Of a DNA stretch of 64,000 nt, positions 44,660 to 56,959 are shown in pieces; positions within the stretch are counted from its first letter, which is position 1, and each line of letters opens with the position of its first letter. This stretch comes from the human T2T-CHM13v2.0 reference genome, Homo sapiens, in assembly GCF_009914755.1 (NCBI RefSeq), contig NC_060936.1; one strand, 5' to 3'. The translations under genes and the position numbers were made by a program. The notes beneath the pieces were generated by a model. The model ran no database searches and was not told where the DNA came from. It worked only from the letters and a program-made list of their open reading frames with translations.

Positions 44660-45395
44660 AGCGTGGAACCTTGTCTGCCGTGTTCACTGCTGGATCCCTG
44701 GCTCCTAGAATAGTATCAACCACAGAGTGGGCATATGATGAAAACTTGTTGAATTAAGGCATAGAGCATGAAAACCGTAAGTGCTGAATGGCTTGGAAAA
44801 GGCTTTTAAATATCAATGTGCTCTCCTTCCTCACACAACTGAATGATTACAAGAGTTTATAGAGTGCTTACTTATATCTCAGACATTGCACTAAGATTGC
44901 ATACACACAGTCATATATACATGCACATGCACACAGAAATACAAACATATTCTTTTCTGTTTAAAATGTAACAGCTTTATTAAGCAAGTACTACTACCCT
45001 CATGTTACAACTGCAGAAACTGAGGCTTAGAGAGGTGAAGTAACATTTCCAAAGTGGCACAACCAATTAATAGCAGGATTGGCATAAAAGATTAGGTCTT
45101 CCAATTGCAAGCCTTCATGATAAAACCATTATATGATATTAATACCTCTTTCTATGTCTCTAGCTTCAGGTTCCTTAAACATGCTAGTCATGACCAGCAG
45201 TTATCACTTTGAGAAGTTATGTTATTCCTGAATTTTTTACTTTCCTGCCTCTCTCTATTAGAATATAAATTCCATGAGATTAGGGGCATTCGTTTTGTTC
45301 ACATCATTCACATTTGTTCACGTGGTTGTTCTCTAACATTAGCACTTACAGAATGGTTAGGAACATGGTAAGTAATTGTTAGATGAATGAATAAA
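44660..45395. mobile_element. Cluster: L2 tail (+, ~44660-44757), MIR (-, ~44845-45135), L2 tail (+, ~45235-45395)
   Basis: TGTTCACTGCTGGATCCC..TTGTTGAAT; GAAACTGAGGCTTAGAGAGGTGAAGTAAC; TAGAATATAAATTCCATGAG..GAATGAATAAATG. Confidence 0.7.
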
Positions 45396-45479
45396 TGAGC
45401 CCACTCTTCTGGGTTCATTTATCCATTCAAGGTGCCCAGTCTTATGGGCTCATTTATTCATTCAAGGTTATTCCTTGTT

Positions 45480-46230
45480 TGAATGATTAGCTCACCATCC
45501 AATTTCTCAATTGAGATATTGGACATTATCTTTGATTCATGGTTCAACCTCACTCACCACCCATAATTGATCATGTTGTATTTACCTCTCAAATGTCACT
45601 CAGATCCATTTTTTCTTCTATTTCCTGGGCTCCTGCATTAGTTCAGGCGTTGTTAACTTCACTTTTTTGCAGTAGCATCCTAAACCATCTCCCTGCTTTG
45701 AGTTTTACCCTCCTCTGATTCACAAAACTTCTAGTGCAGTGGTTTTCAATTGGGAGAAATTTTGTCTGCCAGGTGAAATTTACCAATGTCCGAAGGAGAC
45801 ATTTTTGGTTAGCACAAGTGAGCATTACTACTGGCATCCTGTTGGGGGAAGCTAGGGATGCTGTTAAACATCCAAAATGCATAGGGTGACCCCCAACAAC
45901 AAAGAATTACCTGGTCAAAATGTCAACAGTGCTGGTGTTGAAAAACACTGTTCTAGAGAAAGCTTCCTATAATCTCATTCTAATTTACATGTAGTCAAAC
46001 CCTCCCAAGGCTGCCCTCTGCCAATAGTGTAAAATACAAAGGTCATAGTGTAACATGGGGAATACATAATAACTTGCCTCCTCCTTACCATTTTAGCTGA
46101 ATCTCCTCCTCCTTTCAAGTGTTTATGAAATTTCAGGCATTTTGAGAAATTTGCATGTACTCAAAAGTCTTGTTACGTTCCATTGTTCACTTGTTTAAAC
46201 TCTTACACAATCTTCTGAGATGTCCTCTCA
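45480..46230 (+). mobile_element. L2 internal fragment interrupted by MER20
   Basis: CACCATCCA..TCTTTGATTC..TAGTTCAGGC..TGCAGTAGCATCCTAAAC. Confidence 0.55.
45737..45950. mobile_element. MER20 hAT MITE, complete
   Basis: CAGTGGTTTTCAA..GGAGACATTTTTGGTT..ACTGGCATC..GGGATGCTGTTAAACATCC..TTGAAAAACACTG; TSD TTCTAGTG/TTCTAGAG. Confidence 0.92.
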
Positions 46231-46244
46231 GACTATCCTAGATA

Positions 46245-46355
46245 GAGTCATTCAATAAATACTTACTGAGCCCGTTTTATTTGTGGGTGCTGTGTTAGGT
46301 CCTGAGGATACAGCAGGAAATAAAATAAACATGGTCCTTCCTTTCTTGGAGCTAC
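46245..46355 (-). mobile_element. L2 3' tail
   Basis: TCATTCAATAAATACTTACTGAGC..TGTGTTAGG..GAGGATACAGCAG. Confidence 0.75.
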
Positions 46356-46574
46356 CCATCTTCATGTACTGTAGTTAGATCTTCCCCCTTTAGAACATGT
46401 GGAGCTATCACTTTGTCATTATTAGGCCACCAAATACATAATCGCAATTCAATTATCACTTCAAAGAAAATGAGGAATACTTAAGGTCATTCTCAGTTCA
46501 TATTCAAATTCACCTTTACTTGATTTTCTAAAAAACAAACAAACAAACAAACACACACAAAAAACAAAATCCTG

Positions 46575-47430
46575 TTCTAAACAGTTGGTTTCTTCAAATC
46601 AGCTTCCAAACAAGATCCATTCCTAGTATTTGGTTACCTCTTGCCTCTTGGGTTCTTTTTAATCTAAGAGCCACCTCCTTCCCTCCCTCCTTTACCCTCC
46701 AACCGTCCTCCATCCTTTCTTTCTCCCATTCCTCTTTTTTTCTTCCACCCCTTCTTCCTATCTCCCATTCCATTGACTTGTAGAAACAGTAGGTAATTGT
46801 CCTGTAGATAATCCCATATTTCAGAGTTTAGAGTTTTCTGATCGTTCCTTCGAGGTATTTAACTAATTCCCCTATTTCCCCATTTAGACTAGAAGTTAGA
46901 TAGAAAATCTTAATTAGATGTATGTGTATTTTTTTGCAAGACTAATTCCTGAGTGATGTTATATATTTCACATTTCACAACATTGGTGGTAAACAATATC
47001 TTTGACTTAGAATTGCTGAGATGAAGTTCAGATGGTGACAGGTGACAGCCTGGTCTCTTAATTGTAAACTTTTCTAACAACTTTGCATATAGTGGTTTTG
47101 CCACTCATTGATGACTGCTTGAATTAGTTATTTTATTAGATGTTGGAAAATAGTAGCGGTCTAATTCTTTCATTCTGTCTCTATTTACTAGATGAATTCT
47201 TCTATATAGGACTCATCTCATGGTTGCTGTGAAATATAGTTCAAATTGGAACAGAAGCATACATCTCATTTTTTCTCTTTAATAATCAATTTTCATTAAA
47301 ATAAGTTGGTGCTTTAACACTCTCCAATGTTCATACCACTCTCCAATGGTCTCCAATTAGTTTTACTTTTTTTCCTTTATCCTTTTTTAGCTCCCCTCTC
47401 CCTGTATTATTAAAAACTAATGGCCCTTTT
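46575..47430 (-). mobile_element. Old L1MC4/5-like 3' region
   Basis: CATTGACTTGTAGAAAC..TTGTCCTGTAGATAATCCCATATT. Confidence 0.55.
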
Positions 47431-48524
47431 ATGCCTACTCACTCTTTTAAATGCAAGAGACTCTAGTATTTAGTGTGGACCTTTTTATACAAGCAATAGA
47501 TGTTTGTAGTTTATTTTCTAATTATTAAAACAGATCTGTGTTTTAGAATTTGGGGAAAAGTCTATTACAGAATGCAATGGAGTAGGTGTTGTATAAGACT
47601 ATATGTCTTATTGTACCTGTTTTCCTGCCTCCCTCCAACAGACACTTGTTGAGCACCTATTGTGTGTCAGGTACCAGGCTAGAGAGTATCTTTCTCACAG
47701 ACTTCCTTTTGCTCATAATATCTATGAGTTATCTAGAATCAGGTACCATTGGAGCATGGAACTTACTGGATAACTCAGAGATGTCTCAGAAACCTCACCT
47801 TTTACAGGACACCTGGGTAGAATCACGGGTCACCAAGAAGTCTCTCTAACATGTAGACAGACCCTTGTGTGAACATGTGTAAAAAGTTCTTGGACAGAGG
47901 CATTTTCTAGACACGCCAATTAGAAAGGACTTAGGTAAGTTACAACAGGACTGCGAGCTTGAAGTATTAACAGTTATTTCAACTTTTTGTTTTGCAATTA
48001 ATTTCTTAGACTTTCTTGATCAGATTTTTCAACCCCCAATTTTCCCAATTGCTCCACTTTAACAAATAATGTGTATGCCAATCTGCTTACTTTTCCAAGG
48101 TATGGTTAGGTTAATGAGTGTCATACAGAATGCATAAGTTAAAACTGAATCTTCGGTATCCTATTCCTGTGTATGTCTTGCTGCCTTATAATTTAACCTG
48201 GCTGATCCACACTTAGAGCTTTCCTGTGCTGTCAGTGGATGCTTATGTAGTTTATTACAGCTTAAATTATCATTTACTATTGGAAATTGGATCACAAGGA
48301 AAAATCTAGCGTTTTTAATTATGTCAATTTTAAAAATTATTATGAAGACAGTAGTTACATGAACTGGCAGTAATGATGGAATTTCTGAATGGTGCTAGTC
48401 TTTGTCTAATCACTTATCCCAGCAAAATTCTCTTTTGTATCTTTTAATTTCTTGTTGATTGTGATTAACTATATATTTGGGTTATCTGCTTTAGAACATT
48501 TTTACAATGTATAAAATCATTTTA

Positions 48525-48755
48525 ATACTATAACACTTTCATGTATTGATTACTTGCTATGTTCTGGGTTCTAGGACACTCTACTAAGTTCTTCAATATC
48601 TTATTTGATTTTTAAAACATCCTAATGGGCATCGAGAAGAAAATTGGGTTTTATAGAGGTTGAATAATTAGCCTGGTGTATATCATGAGAAGTAAAGTTG
48701 GGACTAACTGAACTCTGCCTGACTCCAAAGATTATGCTCTTAACTATAAACTACA
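48525..48755 (-). mobile_element. MIR
   Basis: AGAGGTTGAATAATTAGCC..TCTGCCTGACTCCAAAG..TGCTCTTAACTA. Confidence 0.7.
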
Positions 48756-49229
48756 GTTAATCTCTTAAAAACACGTGCACACACACACATAAATTCTTTT
48801 TCCATAAGGAGCTATTAAGTAATCTTTTCTAATCATGATAAATGTTTATTTATATAAGTGAGCATATATTTGTAAATATGCACATATGTGCTTTTAATAA
48901 CCTAGAAACCCATTAGTGTGAATCAGAGGAGTATGCAAGAAGCAAAGTTTGTACGCCCAAATAATTAAAAATATATATTCTATTATTAACTTAGTCTGAT
49001 CTTCAACAGACATTAAAAGAACTTAAATATGTACCTTACAATCACCATTTATTAAACTTTCCTTTTCTCTTTAATTCACAGCTCTTCTTGTTTCAAATTC
49101 ATTCCCTTAATTCCTTCTTCACAATCTGCCTTTTAAAAATATAACTTTCTCCCTTTTTCAGTTCCTTAAATTTAGGAAAGAATTCTTCCCATTTAGGAAG
49201 GAAGTAAAGGAAAATCAAATTTGTAGTTT

Positions 49230-49453
49230 TAGTATGGCTTTCAAACTTCCTTGAACCATCACTTATAGAAAGAAACACATTATACTTTTCAATTCAGAGA
49301 AATATACATAGAAGTGAAAAGAGATGAAAAAAATATTGCAGTGGACCGTAACATTTTCACTATATCCTCTTGCACTTAAAAAAATTTTGGTTATGACTCA
49401 TCCAGTTGATTTTATTATCCATTAATGGGTCATGGGTAGCAATAAGAAACTCT
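49230..49453 (-). mobile_element. Charlie4-like hAT fragment
   Basis: Reverse complement CAGAGTTTCT..GACCCATTAATGG..AAATCAA resembles Charlie4 terminus. Confidence 0.5.
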
Positions 49454-51113
49454 GAATTATACAACTTTCTATAATGGGTTGGAAAAAGAGGGAAGTATGT
49501 TAATATGGCTAGATTAATAATTTTGTTCTCATCACATATAAATGCTTGTTCCATTAATTTCCAGTAATTAGTGGGAGTTTATATTATGAATACTCATATT
49601 AAAGTAATAATAAGGAAAGAAAGGGTAGTAATTAGGTCAGAGGGGAATGAATAAAACTCTTTGAAAATAATAGATTAAAATGGATTATGGATTTAGTACA
49701 ATGTAGGCTGTATAGCTTTTAGTATACTTTGTCTTATTAAAAATTTGTTTAATTGTTTTGTGGAGTAACTTGACAACGTAAGAATTTCACTTGGAAAGGG
49801 GAAGGGAACACATGGTGTCTCTCTCTCTCTCTGTCTCTCTCTCTACATGTCTGTCTTTCATTCTTCTCCTGAATCTCTTAAAAGAAGAGGCAATATTTAC
49901 TTCCTCTGTTTCCATCTGCCGTTTTCCCTTAATCAGTTTTACTCTGACTTCTGTCATTGTCTCTCTATTGAAACTGTTTATGTCAGCAATGAACTCTAAT
50001 TTTCAAATCGAATGTACTCTTTCTCCTATTGGAGTTTGGCAGTAGCTAATATACAATATACCTTTAATAAATATTAGTTAATTAAATGTTGAAGGAACTC
50101 TGAATACTCAGTTAAATATTAGATATATAAAAACACTTTTCACAGTACAGTACTTCCTTAATTTGTTTCATTTGTTGTAACTAATGATGTCTTCCTTTCT
50201 GTACTACCCACTTATGCATCTGAATGGGGCAGGAATGTCTGGTATTGTTACACAATGGAATAGCTTTTTCAACGCATATCTGACTACTATCTGATTTTAA
50301 TTAGTTCTACATTATTAATTTTAGTGACTAGCTTATAGCCTGTTTGTTCAGGCTGTGACCCTCTTTTCTTCAACCACAGTGCCTCTTTCCACTGTACCCT
50401 TCGGGTCCCCAAAAGCAAATTTGCATCTGGTCCGGGCAATAGAAAATTGGATGAAGAGGCATTGTCTACTTGTTCTCTTTTCTGAGAAAGATCAGTTGGG
50501 CTCCAGAACTTAAAAAACGAGGGAGTAGTGCTCCTTGCCGGTCATCTAATGAAGGTAAAGAAAGGTCACAAAGTCAGAAAAAGTAACCAGCCATAATGGT
50601 TGAAGGTTTTGAAGCAATATAAATTTCTTGCTGGTCAACCTTTAACTTGAGAAATCTTTCCCCAGCCCTGAATCCAGACCCACAGAGAAGACTTCTGCAT
50701 CTTTATATCAGGCTAAGGTGCTTTTCCCAATGGAGTTCAAGCCATGTTTGTGGGTTCCAGAGGGTCTGCTCAGTGGTTAACTTCGTTTCTTCTCTCATAA
50801 TTATATCTTCACTTAAACTCATTTTATTTCTGGGCACATTGTAGAGAGCAGAGGTATAGTATGTCCCCCAATGGAGAGAGGCGCCTAGCTCTCAGCTCAG
50901 TGTTGTCATCATTTGGCTGTGCCCAAAATAATATTAATAGCATTAATAATATTAATAGTAACAGTGACAGGATCAGCGACCATTTTTTGAGCACTTCCCA
51001 TGTGCTTCTGAAGCCATGAAGGCATTTTGCAAACCTTTTGAAGTCAGGAGCCATGTTTCTCTTATTCACTGCTGTATACCCTGCCCTTGGCAGAGTCAGT
51101 GCCACATAGAAGG

Positions 51114-51331
51114 CAGTTAAGAAGTGTTTATTCAGTGAATGTGTTGTTCTAATCTTCAGTTAAGTAGTGTTTATTCAGTGAATGTGTTGTTCTAATCTTC
51201 AGTTAAGAAGTGTTTATTCAGTGAATGTGTTGTTCTAATCTTCAGTTAAGAAGTGTCTATTAAGTGAATGTGTTGTTCTAGTCTTCAGTTAAGAAGTGTC
51301 TATTAAGTGAATGTGTTGTTCTAATCTTCAG
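51114..51331. repeat. 5 x 43-bp minisatellite
   Basis: Unit CAGTTAAGAAGTGTTTATTCAGTGAATGTGTTGTTCTAATCTT starts at 51114, 51157, 51200, 51243, 51286. Confidence 0.97.
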
Positions 51332-52942
51332 AACAATCCTAAACTGATCAATTATTATTTCTCTTCTATTGAAACTGATGTTTTCAATTAACTAATTAGT
51401 ACAAGGTCGTTCAATTGGTACTTGGTAGAGTCAAATTTGAGTTGAGTTGTATGTTCAAATTTGAGCTTCACTATATACTCGAGCCTTTCAGCTTGACAGG
51501 CAGAAATGTTCCCACTGTATCATGATGGTGAGTAGGTAGATGGGTAAATTAATAAAAGAATGAATAGATGAATGAATTGCTCTAGCCCTATCTACTTTTA
51601 TTTATTACCAGCCATTTCTAGTCTACTTTGCTTATGACATTGTTCCTTTAGATAGAAGAATAGGATTGCACTTGCCACCAGAAAAATTAGGATTCTGATG
51701 GTTTTGAATTCTGTTGTCCTCTTCTCAAGATGCATCTGTGAAGGTCATGAAAATCCCATGATACCTTTGGATTCTAGGTTCCCAGATGTTTTCACACTGT
51801 GGAGGCCAGCCTGCTTGGGTAGCTGCAGGTCACCAAGCTTTCCTCTTTGTGAGGCATGAGAGCTTGTCCAAAGGTGCTTAGGTGTATTTTGTCACCAAGG
51901 ACAGGGGAACATAGTGAATGATCGTTCTGTCAGGCGGTCGCCTCATTCTTTGGACCTCATGAATGAGTTCAGATTCTAAATACATTGTACTCATTTAATT
52001 CTGCTCTGTGTTTCATCTGGACCAGAAATCTGGTTAGCTATTCAAACATGGGGAGCTCAAAAATCAAAACAATTTCCAAGAAGAGTGGCCCATCTAAGTT
52101 CAATTCCAGGAAAGTGGTGAAATCAGAGGGAGGTCCGTAATAGGGCAACTCAGAGCAAAAGACTGAGATGGGCAGGCACAAGGGGGAAGGCATTTCAGGC
52201 AACGAAAATAATAAGTTTACTAACACACCTGGGTGACTTCAGTTTTTGACTCTTGTACTTTCCCTTTCTACCTTTCTCCTAGAAATTGCTAAAGAAATTG
52301 ACCAGAAAGTATGGAGAAGGGAAAATGTCATAAATGATCTAAATTTAATAATTCATATTGGAGTTTGCAAATTTTCTTGAGATATTGGAGAGATGGATTA
52401 CAATATGGAAACAAACTAAAGCACCCAACAAAACCCTCAGAGTGCTTTTGAGTTACTTAGCAAAAAGCAGGCTTTTGTATTTTCCGGAGTGTTGCAGATT
52501 TCCAGCCAAAGAGAATTCTGGTGCTAACAAGGTATATTACTACCTGTTTTTTTAGAGAGTTGTCATTGTTTAGCTGGAAATATAGTACTTTAGTTGCCAG
52601 GCAAAAGATGTCTATCATAAGCAATAATTCTTTTACATAAATTTATCTGAGATTTTGAGAAATTCAGCTGATCCTCATTTACATCTATAATGCTTTCCTT
52701 TTGACTGCGCTGATTCTAAAACATTGGTTATGACTGTGTTATATTGTTAATTTATACAGTAGCACACTTGTTTATACACAATTGGTTCAGCTGCCATGTG
52801 GGGCAGTTTGAAGACGACCATACTGCTACACTTTCCATAAATTCTTGTTTAAAACAGTAAAATATTTTTAGATTGCTGAGGTAGTAGGACTTTTTCAAGA
52901 TGATTGAATATACCTTATTTTGTGTTAAATCATTGGTGTTTT

Positions 52943-53257
52943 GTTTTTGTTTTGTTTTGTTTTTGAGGCAGAGTCTTACTCTGTCACTCAGGCTGGAGTA
53001 CAGTGGCATGATCTCGGCTCACTGCCTCCCAGGTTCAACCTCCGCCTCCCGGGTTCAAGCGATTCTCCTGCCTCAGCCTCCCAAGTAGCTGGGATTGTAG
53101 ACACGCACCACCTTGCCCAGCTAACTCTTGTATTTTTCATAGAGATGAGGTTTTACTATGTTGCCCAGGCTGGTCTCAAACTCCTGACCTCAAGTGATCC
53201 ACCCGCCTCAGCCTCCCAAAGTGCTGGGATTACAGGCATGGGCCACTGTACCCACCC
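52943..53257 (-). mobile_element. Old Alu (AluSz/Jb-like) with small internal duplication
   Basis: Dimer, (GTTTT)n tail, 13-bp TSD TCATTGGTGTTTT (52930, 53258). Confidence 0.9.
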
Positions 53258-53400
53258 TCATTGGTGTTTTTATGTCTTTCTTCATATACAATCACACTTA
53301 AGTAAAAAGTATTTTCCCGAATTTTGTTTTACATCACTTTATGTCTATTCAGCTTAACTTCATATAAATGAAATAAAGCTATTTATTTTATGGGCACAGT

Positions 53401-53442
53401 TAATACTTCATTAATGATGTTTAATACTTCATTAATGATGTT
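53401..53442. repeat. 2 x 21-bp perfect tandem duplication
   Basis: TAATACTTCATTAATGATGTT twice. Confidence 0.9.
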
Positions 53443-53690
53443 TTGGTAGTAGTTAAAAGTGGGTCCTGAAGATTGACTTCCAGGATTCCCATCTTACCTT
53501 TGCCATTTACTAGCTGTATAATTTTAAGCAACTTGTAAACAGTTTTGTGCCTTACATTTTCAACTTTAAATGGAGATTATATTAATATCTACCTGCTAGC
53601 CTTATTCTGAATATTAAATTAGATCCCTCTGATGAAGTTCATAGTTAAAACAATTTCTGGGACATAGGACACTTGATTTTTATTATAATT
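53440..53690 (+). mobile_element. MIR
   Basis: TAGTAGTTAAAAG..TTTGCCATTTACTAGCTGTATAATTTTAAGCAA..AAATGGAGAT. Confidence 0.7.
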
Positions 53691-53880
53691 TCTGTCCTTG
53701 ATGTTTGATAATTTCTGTATAGTTTTGATTGGTAACTACATTTCTAGTAATAAGAGTATTTGAATTAGTCTAATTCTTGATGAGGCAGGTTTCCATTTAC
53801 TGTGTTTATTTTGGGCTCTTATTAGCAATTTGTAAAGAATATGGTTTCAAAGAATCTAAAGGTATTGTACATGTGAATCA

Positions 53881-53913
53881 TGTGTGTGTGTGTTTGTGTG
53901 TTTGTGTGTGTGT
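53881..53913. repeat. Interrupted (TG)n
   Basis: Direct reading. Confidence 0.9.
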
Positions 53914-54579
53914 TAGCACTTAGCATTTTTGTATTTGAAATGTTGGAGTGTTTCAACCTGTTTCCTATTTGGGAGATTGTCAAGTTAAAGTGCTCTACTA
54001 TTTTGGAAAATTGTGTTAAAACTCTATGCTGTTCTATTTTCTTATATTCCTAGTTTATCTAAGTCATGCTTTCAATAGGTGGACACTTCACAATTATAAA
54101 ATCACTGAATTAGAACCACGAATCTTTCATTATGGTAATTTGTGTTTTCATATTTGTGTCTAGTATTTAGGATAATGTTCCAAACTTTATAGAGCATATT
54201 TTTTGTTTTATTCTAATAAGACATGAAGCACAAAACTCAGAGATATGGTAATACCTTGGTTTTTCTGACATGTTGTCAGAAAATGATGCATTCCAATAAA
54301 CACAATTTTTAGGTGATTTTTTTCCTATAGTTTTTGTCTCCCATCTTTGTGTTCTGAAGAAGTGCAGAGTAAATATAATATAAACTCTTTATGATAAAGG
54401 GCCACCATTAGAGATATGTATTAATTTACTGCCCCGTGAGTGACACAACACTGTCCTCAAGGTATATTAGAATATGTAGCCCCACTCTACTATGTACTAA
54501 ATGGATCCAGACAGCTGTCTTTTTTTGAATTCTCATTTCTACTCTTATTCCTTACTGCTGGCAATGTGCCTACTTCTAG

Positions 54580-54609
54580 AAAGCTAATCTTTATTTGCTG
54601 ATTCTGACG
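54580..54609 (+). other. Candidate 30-nt cassette (micro)exon, phase 0 reading KANLYLLILT; host gene unknown
   Basis: 63-nt AG-free pyrimidine-rich tract, TGC at -13, TAG acceptor, ACG|GTAAGC donor, TGCATG at +9; motif evidence only. Confidence 0.3.
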
Positions 54610-54774
54610 GTAAGCCATGCATGCCAGAATTGTGTCTAAATAACACCAGGATAGTGCTTGAGTGAGGACTTGATATTTTCCCAAGCGCAGTTCATGAGAT
54701 GAGGGAGGTGTTATTGTATATAGTTAGGCTACTGGCTGTAGGAACTATTTTTGACTTTTGGTACACTATTCTAA

Positions 54775-55116
<342 letters not shown>

Positions 55117-55179
55117 ATATTTAATATTTTTAATGTATGCCTAAATGAAGGACTTGAGTGCAAATGTAAACATTACACA

Positions 55180-55430
55180 GATATTACTGGGTAGATCTGC
55201 TAAATCCTTAAAAAGGAGGAATAGAATTCTGAATTTATAAATTAGGCATCTTAAATATAACAATGATTTTCATAGGAACAGGATATAAAGCAGGTCATGG
55301 TGGATCCCTATCCCTGGAGATACTTCACAACAAAACTGAAAAAACGACTGTCAACTTTTTGGTAGTGAAGATTTCATGGGCTAGGTAACCATTTGAAAAC
55401 TCTCTGGGACCTGCTTCTGTTCTCTACTTC
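55180..55430 (+). mobile_element. L3/CR1 3' relic
   Basis: GTGGATCCCTATCCCTGGAGATACTTCAC..ACTGTCA..GGGCTAGGTAACC. Confidence 0.5.
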
Positions 55431-55449
55431 AGATATAAACATTGATAGA

Positions 55450-56150
55450 TTGAGTCATTGAGCAATCATTTCTGAATTTATCTACTAAGTCGGAGGCACT
55501 GTGGGAGGTTCTGGGGAGGTGAATAAAATAGACATTCGCCTTGTTCCCCTGGAAAGACAGGAATAAAATAATCACACAAATAAATATGTATTCATCAATT
55601 ATGATATCTTATGAAAGAAAAGTACTGGGTGCTGTGAGCAGTTATTGACAAGAGGAGGTGATTTAAACTGATAATTCAGAGAGGAATTGATAGTCAAGTT
55701 GAAATCTAAAGAATGAAGATAAGCTGGAATAAAAGAATCCTCTCTATCAGAGTAAACAGTTCAGGAGAATTTTTGGAGAAATGGAAAATCTTGGCATATT
55801 GCCGAAACCAGAAGACGACCAGGGTAACTGGATTGCATTGAGCAAGGTAGAATGTGTTGTAAGATAAAAATGAAGAGAGATGTAAGTGCAGGGTCATGAA
55901 GGACCTTGGAAGCCATTGTGAGGATTTGGGGTATTTTTTTTCCAGTGTGAAAACATTCAGAGTTTTAAGTAAGAGATGGGCATAATCACAGTTGAGATTG
56001 TAAAAATATTATTTTCTCTGCTATTTATTGATTAATGAAAGCTAGAGAAGAAGTCAGGTGGAAGTGTAGAGATGGGCTATGAGGCTATTGAAGAAATACA
56101 GCTAAGGGTGACTAGGAAGCAATGGATAGAAGTGGACAGATTGAAGACAT
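55450..56150 (-). mobile_element. L2
   Basis: Purine-rich antisense L2 (GGTCATGAAGGACCTTGGAAGCCATTGTGAGGATTTGGG..AGAGTTTTAAG). Confidence 0.75.
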
Positions 56151-56959
56151 CTTGACCAGTCCTTCAGTTTCATTATCTGTAAACTGGGGATCATTGCTGT
56201 GTTTGATATAGGGTTGATATCAGTAAATGTTGGCTATGATTATTTATGTTACCTAATGAAATTTGTACTAGTTGGTTGGTTAATTGAAAAACTTGTTAAA
56301 GAAGGGAAATACTGATTAATATACACTTATCTTAAATATTTCATCTCAACTTAAAGCATATAAATACTTATTGTCAATCTTTTGATGCAGAGTTGGGACC
56401 ATTTGTTGAACGTGAATATATGAGTTGAAGTTCTGAATTGATTTTTTTTTGGTTTCATTTTGTATGAACCATACCCATAGTTACATCCTCTATGATTTTT
56501 AGTTTTAATTCTGTTGAAGAGAAGCGAGAATTTAAAAGACATCTGTAAAGGTTTTTATGACACAAGGATGAGGTTGAGAGCCCAGAAATTTCTATTTAAA
56601 TATTTTTTTCCAATTTTGCACATATGTGATTTAAAAATAACTCATTTAGCAATTTTTCTTTGTGGTTTTCCAAAATATTCTACCTAGTTTTTCTAGAACC
56701 AAACTTTTTAAAGTGCAAATTATACCAGTTTATGTAATGTTTCATGGAAATACATAATTTCAATAATAAGTACAACTGGTGTAAGCAGGTTTGGAAACAA
56801 ATACAACTGACTTCTGATAAGGATATCATTTGACTGGAAGAAGTGAAAATGTAGATAGGATAATACTAGAAATTAATTTCATATTAGCTGCAAGCACTCA
56901 GAGTGCCATGGTCCTGAGTCAATGTGCTCTTCTAGAGGAAATGGAGAGTATTGGTTAAT

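Noticed and set aside
51114-51331. Regular 43-bp array as a CRISPR
   Set aside because: Head-to-tail units with no unique spacers, no cas genes, primate context
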